In this document: one piece after another, positions 40,390 to 50,086 of the stretch
Layout: every line of letters begins with the position of its first letter
Numbering within the stretch: the first letter of the stretch is position 1
Assembly (NCBI GenBank): GCA_002811645.1
Contig: PDIP01000105.1
Location: 62,303-126,000, forward strand
Direction of reading: 5' to 3'
Source: Corallochytrium limacisporum Hawaii
Lineage: Eukaryota; Protista; Pluriformea
DNA length: 63,698 bases
Program-made: the position numbers and the translations under genes
The notes under the pieces: model-generated
What the model was told of the DNA's origin: nothing
What the model saw: the letters and a program-made list of their open reading frames with translations, nothing else
Databases searched by the model: none

Positions 40390-41071
40390 TAGAAGGACTA
40401 ATCACAATTTAAACCGCCGTATTTCGTCCGAGAAATTTGAGCTTTTATAGCAGATTATTTGTACCATACGAATTTTGTCCTTGACAATCCACCGTAATAT
40501 GCACACACGACACTTAAATTCTTAACAGGGCATGCTGAGACAGCGATACTTGCAATCAGTTGGACCAAAGAACGAACAGTACAATGACATGGGTTCCAAG
40601 GCAAATTGTTTAAGAACTCTTCCGCAGATGCCGCTTTACTGCAGCACAAGTGGTAACTCTAGTGTACGTACTCACGTCAATCTGACTCCTTGATTGTTTA
40701 AACAAGGGGTTCTCCGGCAGTGCATGAAACCGCCGAGGAAGCATATTGGATACACTCCATCCCCTTCCCCGAGCATTCCAAATCCCATTGAAAATATACT
40801 GTTCAGGGAAACCTGATTCGTGGAGAACGATTGGGGAGGAGGGTTAGAAGTTCGGCAAGGTTCAGGCTTACGGAGGTGGCGCACCCACCCTTCCCCCTTC
40901 CCTTCTCCCCTTTTCGGGGGACGGGAACATTGAAAACCACCGCTTTTTCCCTTGGAGCTCTCTCTCTTTTTCCCGTTTGCCGTTGAAACGGAGGGGGAGG
41001 CCTGGCAAGTTTTGTTCCTGGGGGGAAGGGGGGGAGGGGGGGTTGTCAGAAAGAAAAGAACCCCTCCCCCC

Positions 41072-41669
41072 NNNNNNNNNNNNNNNNNNNNNNNNNNNNN
41101 NNNNNNNNNNNNNNNNNNNNNNNNNNNNNNNNNNNNNNNNNNNNNNNNNNNNNNNNNNNNNNNNNNNNNNNNNNNNNNNNNNNNNNNNNNNNNNNNNNNN
41201 NNNNNNNNNNNNNNNNNNNNNNNNNNNNNNNNNNNNNNNNNNNNNNNNNNNNNNNNNNNNNNNNNNNNNNNNNNNNNNNNNNNNNNNNNNNNNNNNNNNN
41301 NNNNNNNNNNNNNNNNNNNNNNNNNNNNNNNNNNNNNNNNNNNNNNNNNNNNNNNNNNNNNNNNNNNNNNNNNNNNNNNNNNNNNNNNNNNNNNNNNNNN
41401 NNNNNNNNNNNNNNNNNNNNNNNNNNNNNNNNNNNNNNNNNNNNNNNNNNNNNNNNNNNNNNNNNNNNNNNNNNNNNNNNNNNNNNNNNNNNNNNNNNNN
41501 NNNNNNNNNNNNNNNNNNNNNNNNNNNNNNNNNNNNNNNNNNNNNNNNNNNNNNNNNNNNNNNNNNNNNNNNNNNNNNNNNNNNNNNNNNNNNNNNNNNN
41601 NNNNNNNNNNNNNNNNNNNNNNNNNNNNNNNNNNNNNNNNNNNNNNNNNNNNNNNNNNNNNNNNNNNNN
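41072..41669. other. Assembly gap flanked by poly-C and poly-G
   Basis: N run. Confidence 1.
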
Positions 41670-41801
41670 GGGGGGGGCAAAGGGGCTTTGGGGGTCTTAA
41701 GTTCCTGGTGGAAGGATGACAGTAACTGTAGACACGAAAGAGATTGGTATCTTTGTTGGCACCTTTGTCGCATCTCCTCCTTTCCTCGAAAATCGATTTG
41801 C

Positions 41802-41838
41802 GTGTGAGTGTGTGAGTGTGTGTGCGTGCGTGTGTGTG
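41802..41838. repeat. Imperfect (TG)n tract
   Basis: gtgtgagtgtgtgagtgtgtgtgcgtgcgtgtgtgtg. Confidence 0.75.
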
Positions 41839-42905
41839 CATGTCCCTCTTCCATTGTTCTTTCGCTTTCTCTGGGTGCAGTGTGTGAGCCCGACATGTCT
41901 GCTGGTTAAGCTTCTCAACACACCAGCATGTCAACTCCAGACAGCGGGTTCGTGCCTCCATACTGTACGTATGCACAACGTGCCGATGGCAACACCCTCT
42001 TGAGACCCATCGTTCACAGGATGGGCCCTTCTTTGCTGTGGTGCTTGTAGATCCACTGCACACTTTCCAGCCAATCGGAGGGCCGGAAGCCAATCATGGG
42101 AATTGTATGCAAGGAACGACCAACACTGTGCTTTGGGGTTCGGTCTGGCTTTTGCAGATAATGCTTATGCCATCAATTTTTATGGCATTTGGCCCAAGAG
42201 CTTTAGATGGCCGCACCGCAACGCAGTGTGCAATCTATGTATGTTGGACATCTTCAATCTGTACTGCAGGTGGCAACTGCAGGCGACATAGTGTTTGCGG
42301 AATGATGCCCGGCCCGGTCGTGGTTTGCTACGTTTTGGCCTCCCGCCTATGTACCGGAGAAACAGCGGTTGAGTAGGGAACGAGAGGGGGAGAGTTGGGG
42401 GAGAGGAGAGAAGGAGCGCAGAGGTGCACCTTCAGAAAATTAAAGGCCGAACCGGCGTGGGGTAACGCTCCACCGTGGGCGGCTCTACCCCCCTGGTGCT
42501 CTCGACGGTGCAGGCATAAAATGCTTCTGGTTCGTGGTCCCCTTAAGGGAGAGTGGTTTTCTGCTCCATTTTCTAGATACTGCACTCACCTATGTGATCA
42601 AAATAGCAGGACCATACGTATGGTGTATTTTACGTGCCCGATGGCGCCTCCTCTAAGTCTATTATCATCTGATTGTTCTGTGCCCACTCCATGGTACAGT
42701 GAGGGCACCTTTTAGAAGCCGTTCCACGCCTCGAAAGGAATGTGTGTCAGTGGAAGAAGGGGCAATCTTCTAACCCTGGGGTTTCATTTGGCTGTTCAGC
42801 TTCCTACAAACGGGTGCGGCCCTTCCGCTTAGACTCTAACTGCGATCTAGTGCAATGTGTAAGCCACACTGTATTTCCTCTTACGGTTTGAATGGTGAAG
42901 TTCAC

Positions 42906-44798
42906 TTATGGACTCTTTGACAAGTCACCAAGATGCACATTGAGCATAAAGAAGGTGGTGATGAAGAGAGGAAGCAACAGCTGCATCGCCTCGAAGATAG
43001 TTAGTGAGAACCAGTAGTATGCCACATACGAGTTGTAGCCAATGATGCCGGCCAGTGCAACAGATCCAGCAAGTCCCATCTTGCTGAGGTTCAAGTTTGC
43101 GACACGGGGTAGGATGTAGCCGATGAGGATCACAAATGGCAGAGATACAGCTGCAATGAAAGCAATTATGATTGCTGAGCTGGCACGCTTCTGAGGCGGC
43201 GGGAAAGTATGTTTTTGCATTGGCTTCGGAGCATAGGGATCCCGCTCAAGCACTTCCTCCGCGGTGTATAGGCCCAAGTACTTCACTTTGCCGATCTCAC
43301 GCTCAGTGTAGGCATTGGCCTGGACACAACCCACTTCGAGCTTGAGATCGTAGACGTCATCGATGTCCTTGATGGCACTGCGATGAATCTCATCTCCAAA
43401 TGAGGCAACACATGTCATGTGTGCGACACTGGAGTCTCCCTGATCCGCCTCAGTGCAGTGATAGCCTCCACCGGTAAGTTGCTTCGCACCCTTACGATCA
43501 AAACGGAGGATACCATGTGCGTAGTCGCTGGCGCCCTTGCAGCTGCTTGCATCGAAAGTAACTTCCAGGAGCCTAGTGGAGTGGACTACCGGGATCGACT
43601 CCATCTTCTGGCCAAGAGTCAGACTCTGTGTCTCCACAGTATCCGTCGGCTCGTTGGTAAATGGATTCAAGTTGCTTACAGTGACCTTGACATTGGAAAT
43701 ATCAATGACCTGCTGTGTCGTCAATTCAATGGTACTGGTGGTTCCCTTTGTCTTTCCTTTGACCGGAGTTAGGGTAATGGTCACGCTGCCTTCTGGTATA
43801 GCCGCTGTATATCCACCCAAGCCATCAGGTTTGAACTTGACCGTTTCACTCCCGGTGACTTCGATGATGGCATCTTTGACAGGCTTCGCGTGTTGGTCAA
43901 TTATCTGTACAGAAAGAGATTTCTTGTCCAAAGTCACAGCACCAGCCACAATGCAGTCGGGCAGACCGGCCATTGCTTCCAGTGCCTGGATGCTAGCCAC
44001 ACCGCTGACTTTGGCGCCGGCAGCAACGGACAGAACCTTGCAAATCTGAGGCACAAGATCCTTGAGGGCTTTGGAGGTGCCAACGTCCGTCAACTTTAGT
44101 ACGTTGATGAGAACCGGAACACCGCCCGTGAAGGCCACATCGACAGCAGATGACGATCCCGACTCGATAATCATCTTGACCACATTCGCAACAGATGCAT
44201 GACTTTTGTCAACAATGCTCGCAGCTGCCTTAGCGACAGCTGGGATGGTCACTGCTTGGCTCTTGACAGCGGACTCGACATCTCCCAGAGCCGTGCCCAT
44301 CAACTCCGAAAACTTGCGGTCATGTCCCAGGGCTCTCAAGCCAACCATGGCATCTAGCATATTATCCAAATAGGAACCCATTGCGGAAAGGGGCGTGCCT
44401 TCCGCGGGAACGATTGTCATGGCAAGATCAATGTCAAACTTACCCTTAGTTTGAGCACCACAGTTGGCCACCTGGCTAAGTTTAGCCAGGCAGGCAAAGT
44501 TTCTGACACTTCCTGGGCTAGTGAGCTCCATCTCTGCGGATGCTCCTGCAGCCAGTGCTTCTACATACAGACAGATGTCTTTGTCGTTGACACCGGCATC
44601 TGCCTTCATTGCCTTCAGCAAGAGATATGCATCTCCGAAACTACTGCACCGCCATTTCTCGTCCATCGCTGTCATAATCTCTGCCTTTGCGAATGCGGTT
44701 ACGCCATCAAACGTGGGCAGAGCGGGCTGGAGATACACTTGCCCAGCTGCAGTGCTCACACATGCCAGCAGGGCACCAACAAGGCCAAAGCTTACCAT
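42906..44798 (-). CDS. RPN2: Oligosaccharyltransferase subunit ribophorin II (RPN2/Swp1), divergent (630 aa)
   Basis: Signal peptide; YAPKPMQKHTFPPPQKRAS followed by three TM helices with YW...LTIFEAM matches the RPN2 C-terminus. Confidence 0.8.
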   Translation of the reverse strand: MVSFGLVGALLACVSTAAGQVYLQPALPTFDGVTAFAKAEIMTAMDEKWRCSSFGDAYLLLKAMKADAGVNDKDICLYVEALAAGASAEMELTSPGSVRNFACLAKLSQVANCGAQTKGKFDIDLAMTIVPAEGTPLSAMGSYLDNMLDAMVGLRALGHDRKFSELMGTALGDVESAVKSQAVTIPAVAKAAASIVDKSHASVANVVKMIIESGSSSAVDVAFTGGVPVLINVLKLTDVGTSKALKDLVPQICKVLSVAAGAKVSGVASIQALEAMAGLPDCIVAGAVTLDKKSLSVQIIDQHAKPVKDAIIEVTGSETVKFKPDGLGGYTAAIPEGSVTITLTPVKGKTKGTTSTIELTTQQVIDISNVKVTVSNLNPFTNEPTDTVETQSLTLGQKMESIPVVHSTRLLEVTFDASSCKGASDYAHGILRFDRKGAKQLTGGGYHCTEADQGDSSVAHMTCVASFGDEIHRSAIKDIDDVYDLKLEVGCVQANAYTEREIGKVKYLGLYTAEEVLERDPYAPKPMQKHTFPPPQKRASSAIIIAFIAAVSLPFVILIGYILPRVANLNLSKMGLAGSVALAGIIGYNSYVAYYWFSLTIFEAMQLLLPLFITTFFMLNVHLGDLSKSP

Positions 44799-45245
44799 TG
44801 TTGATGATCTAGCTATCTACTATGGTCCAAGAGATCTGGGTGCTTGCCTTACTTCATTCTCCAGTTCCTGGTAAACTTCCTTGCGCTCACTCAAGGTAAG
44901 AGTTAACACAAACGTGTATGCCTGTAATGTGTATTCAATGCCTGAAACACCAAAAAGAGTCTACATGCCACTTGCCGCCCTCATCTACATCTGTCTGGAG
45001 GGGTGAACAATGTCCGGGTTTCGTGCCGCTTGTTTTGGCACTCCACCCCCCCCTTTGTTTTGCCATTCCCATCCTGCCACTTCCCCCCACCCCACCGGGA
45101 GGCTGTCCTGCGCAGACTGGCTTTTTCGGTGAGTTATTTTCACATACGGAATATTTTTTAATTCCAAAATATTGATTATTCGTCACAATGGAGTTTCTTT
45201 ATAGACTTTTGCATTGTACCCTATGGGATGATGTGCCCGGTCTTG

Positions 45246-46499
45246 TCACGACCGGGCCGAAGAGATCCATGATCCGATGATGCGGTTGTCATGCAGAGTG
45301 ATAAGGTGATGACCGTCATCGGACAGGTTTGCGGATGTCAAGGGGCCAGTGAACGCGTTTTCGCCTTGACTGTCCAGTTTGGTAACGTAGCGCAACCCAC
45401 CATCGTGTGTACCGACCTCGAACACATTTATGCAGAGGGAGTCCTCGTGAATGGAGCCAGTGACCAAAATCCCCAAAGTCTCATTGTAAGCTGGCCACAG
45501 ATCGTACACTGAGGTTTCTGCCTTTCCCAGGCCTCTATACTGTTGGGTAATTTGCGGCTGCTTCATTCTGGCGTCGCTACTGATATCGAGTTCATTAATG
45601 TCACCGCATCGTTTCAATGGTCCGTTGGTTGTCAGAATACGACCAGACCGGGTGATCTGCATCCAGTCTGCTGGAGACCGTGGCTGATCGCTGCCCTTTG
45701 GCGTGATCCAAATAACTTCTGTTGCTTCCACGTCCATAGGGGGTTCCGGTTTGCCATCCGGACACTTGGGCGGCTTAGGCAAATCAATCATGCTGATTGC
45801 ATAGTCAGGCTCGGCCTCGCCGCAATACACCCGGTACTTGTGTTCGGGGCGGGGATCCCAGCACACATAGAACATATTGCCCCCGCCAAACTCATAGTGT
45901 TTCACGAAGGAATAGCTGTTGGCGCCCTTCGAGGATGTGATGCTGGTAATGCTGAGGATGTGGACGCGCCAGTCTTCACCTGCACAGGCCAGCACGCCCG
46001 GATCGGTAGGGTGGAACGCGACATGGGCCAGGGCAGTCTCTTCCTTTGTGACATGATGAGCAGCCACAATGCCTCCATGGATGTCGTGCAAACGAATAAT
46101 GTATAGGTAGCCACCGTCACCTCCCGCAATCAGAACCGGTTCCGTTTTTTGTCCTCTAGTGTTTCCGATCTTGCCAAACGCAAGGGTTCTAATCTTTTCA
46201 TTGCCCGTGTTTTGTACCATGACTTCCTTCATCATGCCCTCACTGGTGACTTCAATCAACCAAACTCCTGCAGAGGTTGCCAAAGCGACAAGCTCATCAG
46301 AGCCGGGTCTTAATGCATTGGGGGCAACCTCTGTCCGGTATACAACAATCGAGGCCTCTCCCGAAGCAGACAGATCATGACGAAGTTCTACTCTATGCCT
46401 CAGTTTGTAGGCATAGTCGTCGGCCGAGCGCGCGGCCGTTGCCTTTGCAGGAGTCTTTGATCGGCTCCGGTTCGACACCTTTCTCGTACTTCCTGGCAT
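45246..46499 (-). CDS. Divergent WD40-repeat protein, EED/LRWD1-like (417 aa)
   Basis: First ATG at 46499. Basic N-terminus; VLIAGGDGGYLYII...HVAFHPTDPGVLACAGEDWRVHIL; terminal LSDDGHHLITLHDNRIIGSW blade. Confidence 0.65.
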   Translation of the reverse strand: MPGSTRKVSNRSRSKTPAKATAARSADDYAYKLRHRVELRHDLSASGEASIVVYRTEVAPNALRPGSDELVALATSAGVWLIEVTSEGMMKEVMVQNTGNEKIRTLAFGKIGNTRGQKTEPVLIAGGDGGYLYIIRLHDIHGGIVAAHHVTKEETALAHVAFHPTDPGVLACAGEDWRVHILSITSITSSKGANSYSFVKHYEFGGGNMFYVCWDPRPEHKYRVYCGEAEPDYAISMIDLPKPPKCPDGKPEPPMDVEATEVIWITPKGSDQPRSPADWMQITRSGRILTTNGPLKRCGDINELDISSDARMKQPQITQQYRGLGKAETSVYDLWPAYNETLGILVTGSIHEDSLCINVFEVGTHDGGLRYVTKLDSQGENAFTGPLTSANLSDDGHHLITLHDNRIIGSWISSARS

Positions 46500-47094
46500 G
46501 ATGCTTTCGGGTACAAATGCTTCACGACAACAGCGTATCGCGTGGCTAACATACCCATTCCTTCTCAAATAGCCGTTGAATTGATCTCAATGTGGTTGCA
46601 TGTGCACATCAACCACAGACCTCATAACTCAGCAAGTGCGTCCTATCATCGCGTACGGCGAAGAGAATTGTACTTGTAACTGACAGGGATCTCACCCGGC
46701 ACTGCCCCCCACGCAATCTTCATTTCAAACCTGTCCGGTTGCGCTCCTTTTCGCGCGCAAACACATCCCCCCTTCCCCCCGAAGAGCTCGGGATCGGCTT
46801 TTCTTCACTGCCCTTTGAAAACATTCGGCGGGAAGGGCCCTTGCAGTGCGCCCGCCGTACAGATGATGAGAGTACAGACTGCCGAGAGTATTGGCTACCA
46901 AGAAAGGTGTTTGAGTTGGAGCACAGGTCGACAAGGATAGATAATTTGCGAACATCAAGTCGTTCCGATCATCAACACTGGTGCCCATGAAAGACCTTGA
47001 TCACAGTGACACTGGGAATGACTATGATAGAGAACGACAAAGAAATTAGACCAAGAGAATCGGATTTGGGCAAATGTAGAGCAAAAGTGGAAAA

Positions 47095-50019
47095 ATGTCA
47101 GAGTCTCCGACAGGACGCCTTCGTGTACGTTTGCATGGCCCAGTAAGTGGGTTTCAATCCCTGAGCCCTCCAAAGAATAAGAGCCGTGCTTCTAGTGGAG
47201 GTCGACAAACTGGACACTTTGGTACAGGACAGAAGAAACAAGCACCAGATCTGGAGGAAGAACTGACCGTGGAGTCCCATAGTAATGCCTTGAGGGATCT
47301 TAGTGGTCAAATAATTGACGGCCGCAACAAACAGTGGCCGGGATCAGGCCTCAGTAATATGCAGGAAGCAAAGCATGCAGCTCATGGACGTCGCAGACTT
47401 GAGAAAGCAGTGTCCCAAGACTCTCAAGCTCGGGACGCGGGCAACGGCGATGGAGGTCGCAGAGAAGGTCATTTGTCAACGGCTAAGACGCGCAGCCGCA
47501 TCGCGCAAAATCTAGAAGAGGAAATTGAGCGGATTGAACGCATTCACAGCCACTTCTGCACCACTGATTTTCCGGACCAACAGCGCAAATGCTTGGGCAC
47601 CACGGAGGAGAATGCTTTACGCCAGCTTGAACACCAAAGCCGCCTCCTGAGCATTATGATGGAGAATAGTCGTGATACAGCGGCGAAGATTGCACTCGGA
47701 CAAGCGCCGCCAGCACCACTACGGGTCATGCAGGGAGGAGCGAGGCCATCGTCACGGTTACCAGTGCATGGTCCGCGCCATTCTGGACGATCTCCGAGCC
47801 CAGATCGTGAGGAAATTTCTCGTATTCTGCACAACGCCGAAGATGCCATGGTTCAGGTTTCATTAATCGAGAAGGCGGCAAAGAGCAACTTGGAGGAGCT
47901 GAAGCAGGCCATCCGTGAAGACCAGGACGAGGCGAAGCGTGGTGTGGATTACAGCCCTCTTGACGCCTACCTCAACCAGGTCGCACTCGACAGGGCACGG
48001 ATTTTCCCTGAGCGTCAGCGGTATCCCTCTCCGCAAGGCAACGAGAACATCCCTCCGTCCGTTCCACGGCCACAGGCCCGATACGCAGAACCAGATATTG
48101 ATACCCGCAGCATCAGGGTCTTGCTTGACAACATTCGCCGCTACCGGGAGGACTTTGAACGAAACCTTACTGAGCTGGATCAGTCGCGTTTCGGAATGGT
48201 TTACCGAACAGACTATAGCTCTGAGAAATTTGAAGTGGATGGCAAAGGTAACCAAGTTACAAAGAGCAAAGTTCGTGCCGGCATCAAGGACCCTGGAAGG
48301 AAGCGCGGCAAGGATCGAAGTGTAGCTGCATCGACCTCTGTTGCAGGCGGCAGAGTGGTGAGACCTAAGAGCGGCAGAGGAAGGGACCTTGGTGCCAACC
48401 CGCCGGGCAAGACTCTGGAGACCGGTGAAGGGCTCAGCAATGAATATCTCAGACACATCTACGGAACAAGGTCTGTGTTGGGTCACCCGAGTCGCATCAC
48501 TAAGAAACCGGCCAGTCTTCGCTTCCCGTCGAAGCCAATCCCAGCGCCGGATATTTTTGAGCGTCCCTTGAACAAGCGGTCGGCCGCGGTGATCCTACGC
48601 GGTGCTTCTAGAGCACCGCCCCAGAGCATCCAACCGCCGACATATATCGAGCGTATCCACAGTCCGACAGAGCAGGGGCTGGAGTATCCACAGCGCGAGA
48701 TCGTCCACCGCATCGAAAAGCAACGTGCAGTCGTCGAAGAGCGCCGCCCGACACACTTCGCAGAAGAGGCAGGGCCATCTATTGATATCGCCGGGTACCC
48801 CCGCCCTGAACGGTCGCCTGTCAAACCTGCGGTCGCGACGTACCACCGCTTCGAGCAAGACGTCGAGCCTACACCGCCACCTCCAGAATTGCCATTGTAC
48901 GCGCAAGGCACACAGACCTTACCTGAGCAGTGGGAAAAGGAGACCTTCGCCCGCCCACAGTCCGCTGATCGGCCGGTGTCCCCGGTCCCGACGCCCGCAA
49001 TGACCCCAGAACCCGCGGAAGTAAGGATCAAGGACGAACCATTCTCCCCAGTTCGCACCCCCGCGCCAACCCCTCCGCGCATGCGCGTGCTCAAGTCTGA
49101 GCTCGACCGTCCTTTGGATGAGCTTTTGAATATTACGCAGCCACCACCGCAGCCCGAGGACCAAGGCTTACCGGGACCCGTGCTTCCAGTCGCCACAGGC
49201 ACCGATCGCGGCATTCAATTAACACCCCCCTTACCGTCGCCCCAGCATCCACGACAGCGCCAGCGCTATGTTCCCTCACCCCTTTCGGAAAGCTCATCGT
49301 TATCGTCGTTCGCAAAGCCAGAGGGCCACATGTCCGAGGGTGAGTATGCGTCGACGATGGGTTCAGTGGGGGAGGGTGTCTTTGCGCAGACTGCTGGTGG
49401 TGGATCAGAACGGGTCTATCCGAGGGCAGGGTTTCTGGATCCCGATCAGCTGCTGGGCGACATCGCTTACTCTGAATTGGTTGGCGATGTGGACATGGGC
49501 CACCAACTGGCTCGGGCTATTCTCGAGGAAAGTATTGTTGAGGCCGGTGCAGCATTCCGTCCCGACGGCCTGGACGGTAGCGAGGGCGAAGTGGTCAACG
49601 CTGCGGACCGGAAACCCAACTTCGGCGGAGAAGAGGCCGGTGAGGCCAATGCCCCGAATCTTGGAAATGAAGAGGTTCGGCGCCAGCCTCATGTGCTCGA
49701 GCAGCGCTACCCGCGACAACCGGTTTCTTCCACAGAGAGTGAGGGCCAGCGCAACCGCCGGGCGCCGGAGGACAGTGACGAAAGCTCAGGATTGGCTGGT
49801 CGGCACCCGGCGCCGTACACTGAAGCGGAGAGCGAGGGCGAGGTAGCCATTACCGGGGCAGCCCCCCATGAACTTGCCCACGGCGGAAGCCCGCGTACGC
49901 GCCCAGGTGACGGCGGGGTCAGAGGTCAGGGTGGCGCCGTCCAACAAGACACGTCACGAGGAGAGGGGACCTTTCTCCCTGAAAAGATTATCGAGAGACC
50001 AAGCATTCAATGTCAGTAG
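47095..50019 (+). CDS. TALPID3/KIAA0586-like centriolar protein (974 aa)
   Basis: Coiled coils; EYLRHIYG...GHPSRITKKPASLRF resembles the conserved TALPID3 motif; Pro-rich region; repeated SEGE/SVGE motifs. The CDS is well supported; the identity is inferred from recalled motifs. Confidence 0.6.
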   Translation: MSESPTGRLRVRLHGPVSGFQSLSPPKNKSRASSGGRQTGHFGTGQKKQAPDLEEELTVESHSNALRDLSGQIIDGRNKQWPGSGLSNMQEAKHAAHGRRRLEKAVSQDSQARDAGNGDGGRREGHLSTAKTRSRIAQNLEEEIERIERIHSHFCTTDFPDQQRKCLGTTEENALRQLEHQSRLLSIMMENSRDTAAKIALGQAPPAPLRVMQGGARPSSRLPVHGPRHSGRSPSPDREEISRILHNAEDAMVQVSLIEKAAKSNLEELKQAIREDQDEAKRGVDYSPLDAYLNQVALDRARIFPERQRYPSPQGNENIPPSVPRPQARYAEPDIDTRSIRVLLDNIRRYREDFERNLTELDQSRFGMVYRTDYSSEKFEVDGKGNQVTKSKVRAGIKDPGRKRGKDRSVAASTSVAGGRVVRPKSGRGRDLGANPPGKTLETGEGLSNEYLRHIYGTRSVLGHPSRITKKPASLRFPSKPIPAPDIFERPLNKRSAAVILRGASRAPPQSIQPPTYIERIHSPTEQGLEYPQREIVHRIEKQRAVVEERRPTHFAEEAGPSIDIAGYPRPERSPVKPAVATYHRFEQDVEPTPPPPELPLYAQGTQTLPEQWEKETFARPQSADRPVSPVPTPAMTPEPAEVRIKDEPFSPVRTPAPTPPRMRVLKSELDRPLDELLNITQPPPQPEDQGLPGPVLPVATGTDRGIQLTPPLPSPQHPRQRQRYVPSPLSESSSLSSFAKPEGHMSEGEYASTMGSVGEGVFAQTAGGGSERVYPRAGFLDPDQLLGDIAYSELVGDVDMGHQLARAILEESIVEAGAAFRPDGLDGSEGEVVNAADRKPNFGGEEAGEANAPNLGNEEVRRQPHVLEQRYPRQPVSSTESEGQRNRRAPEDSDESSGLAGRHPAPYTEAESEGEVAITGAAPHELAHGGSPRTRPGDGGVRGQGGAVQQDTSRGEGTFLPEKIIERPSIQCQ

Positions 50020-50086
50020 ATAAACAGCATCTTGCAATGCAAAATGTTAGCATCTGTGTAGATGTTGTGTATTGCTTTCTTCATTC

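Noticed and set aside
42215-42300. Long imperfect hairpin, pre-miRNA-like
   Set aside because: Short stems broken by large asymmetric loops, which could arise by chance.
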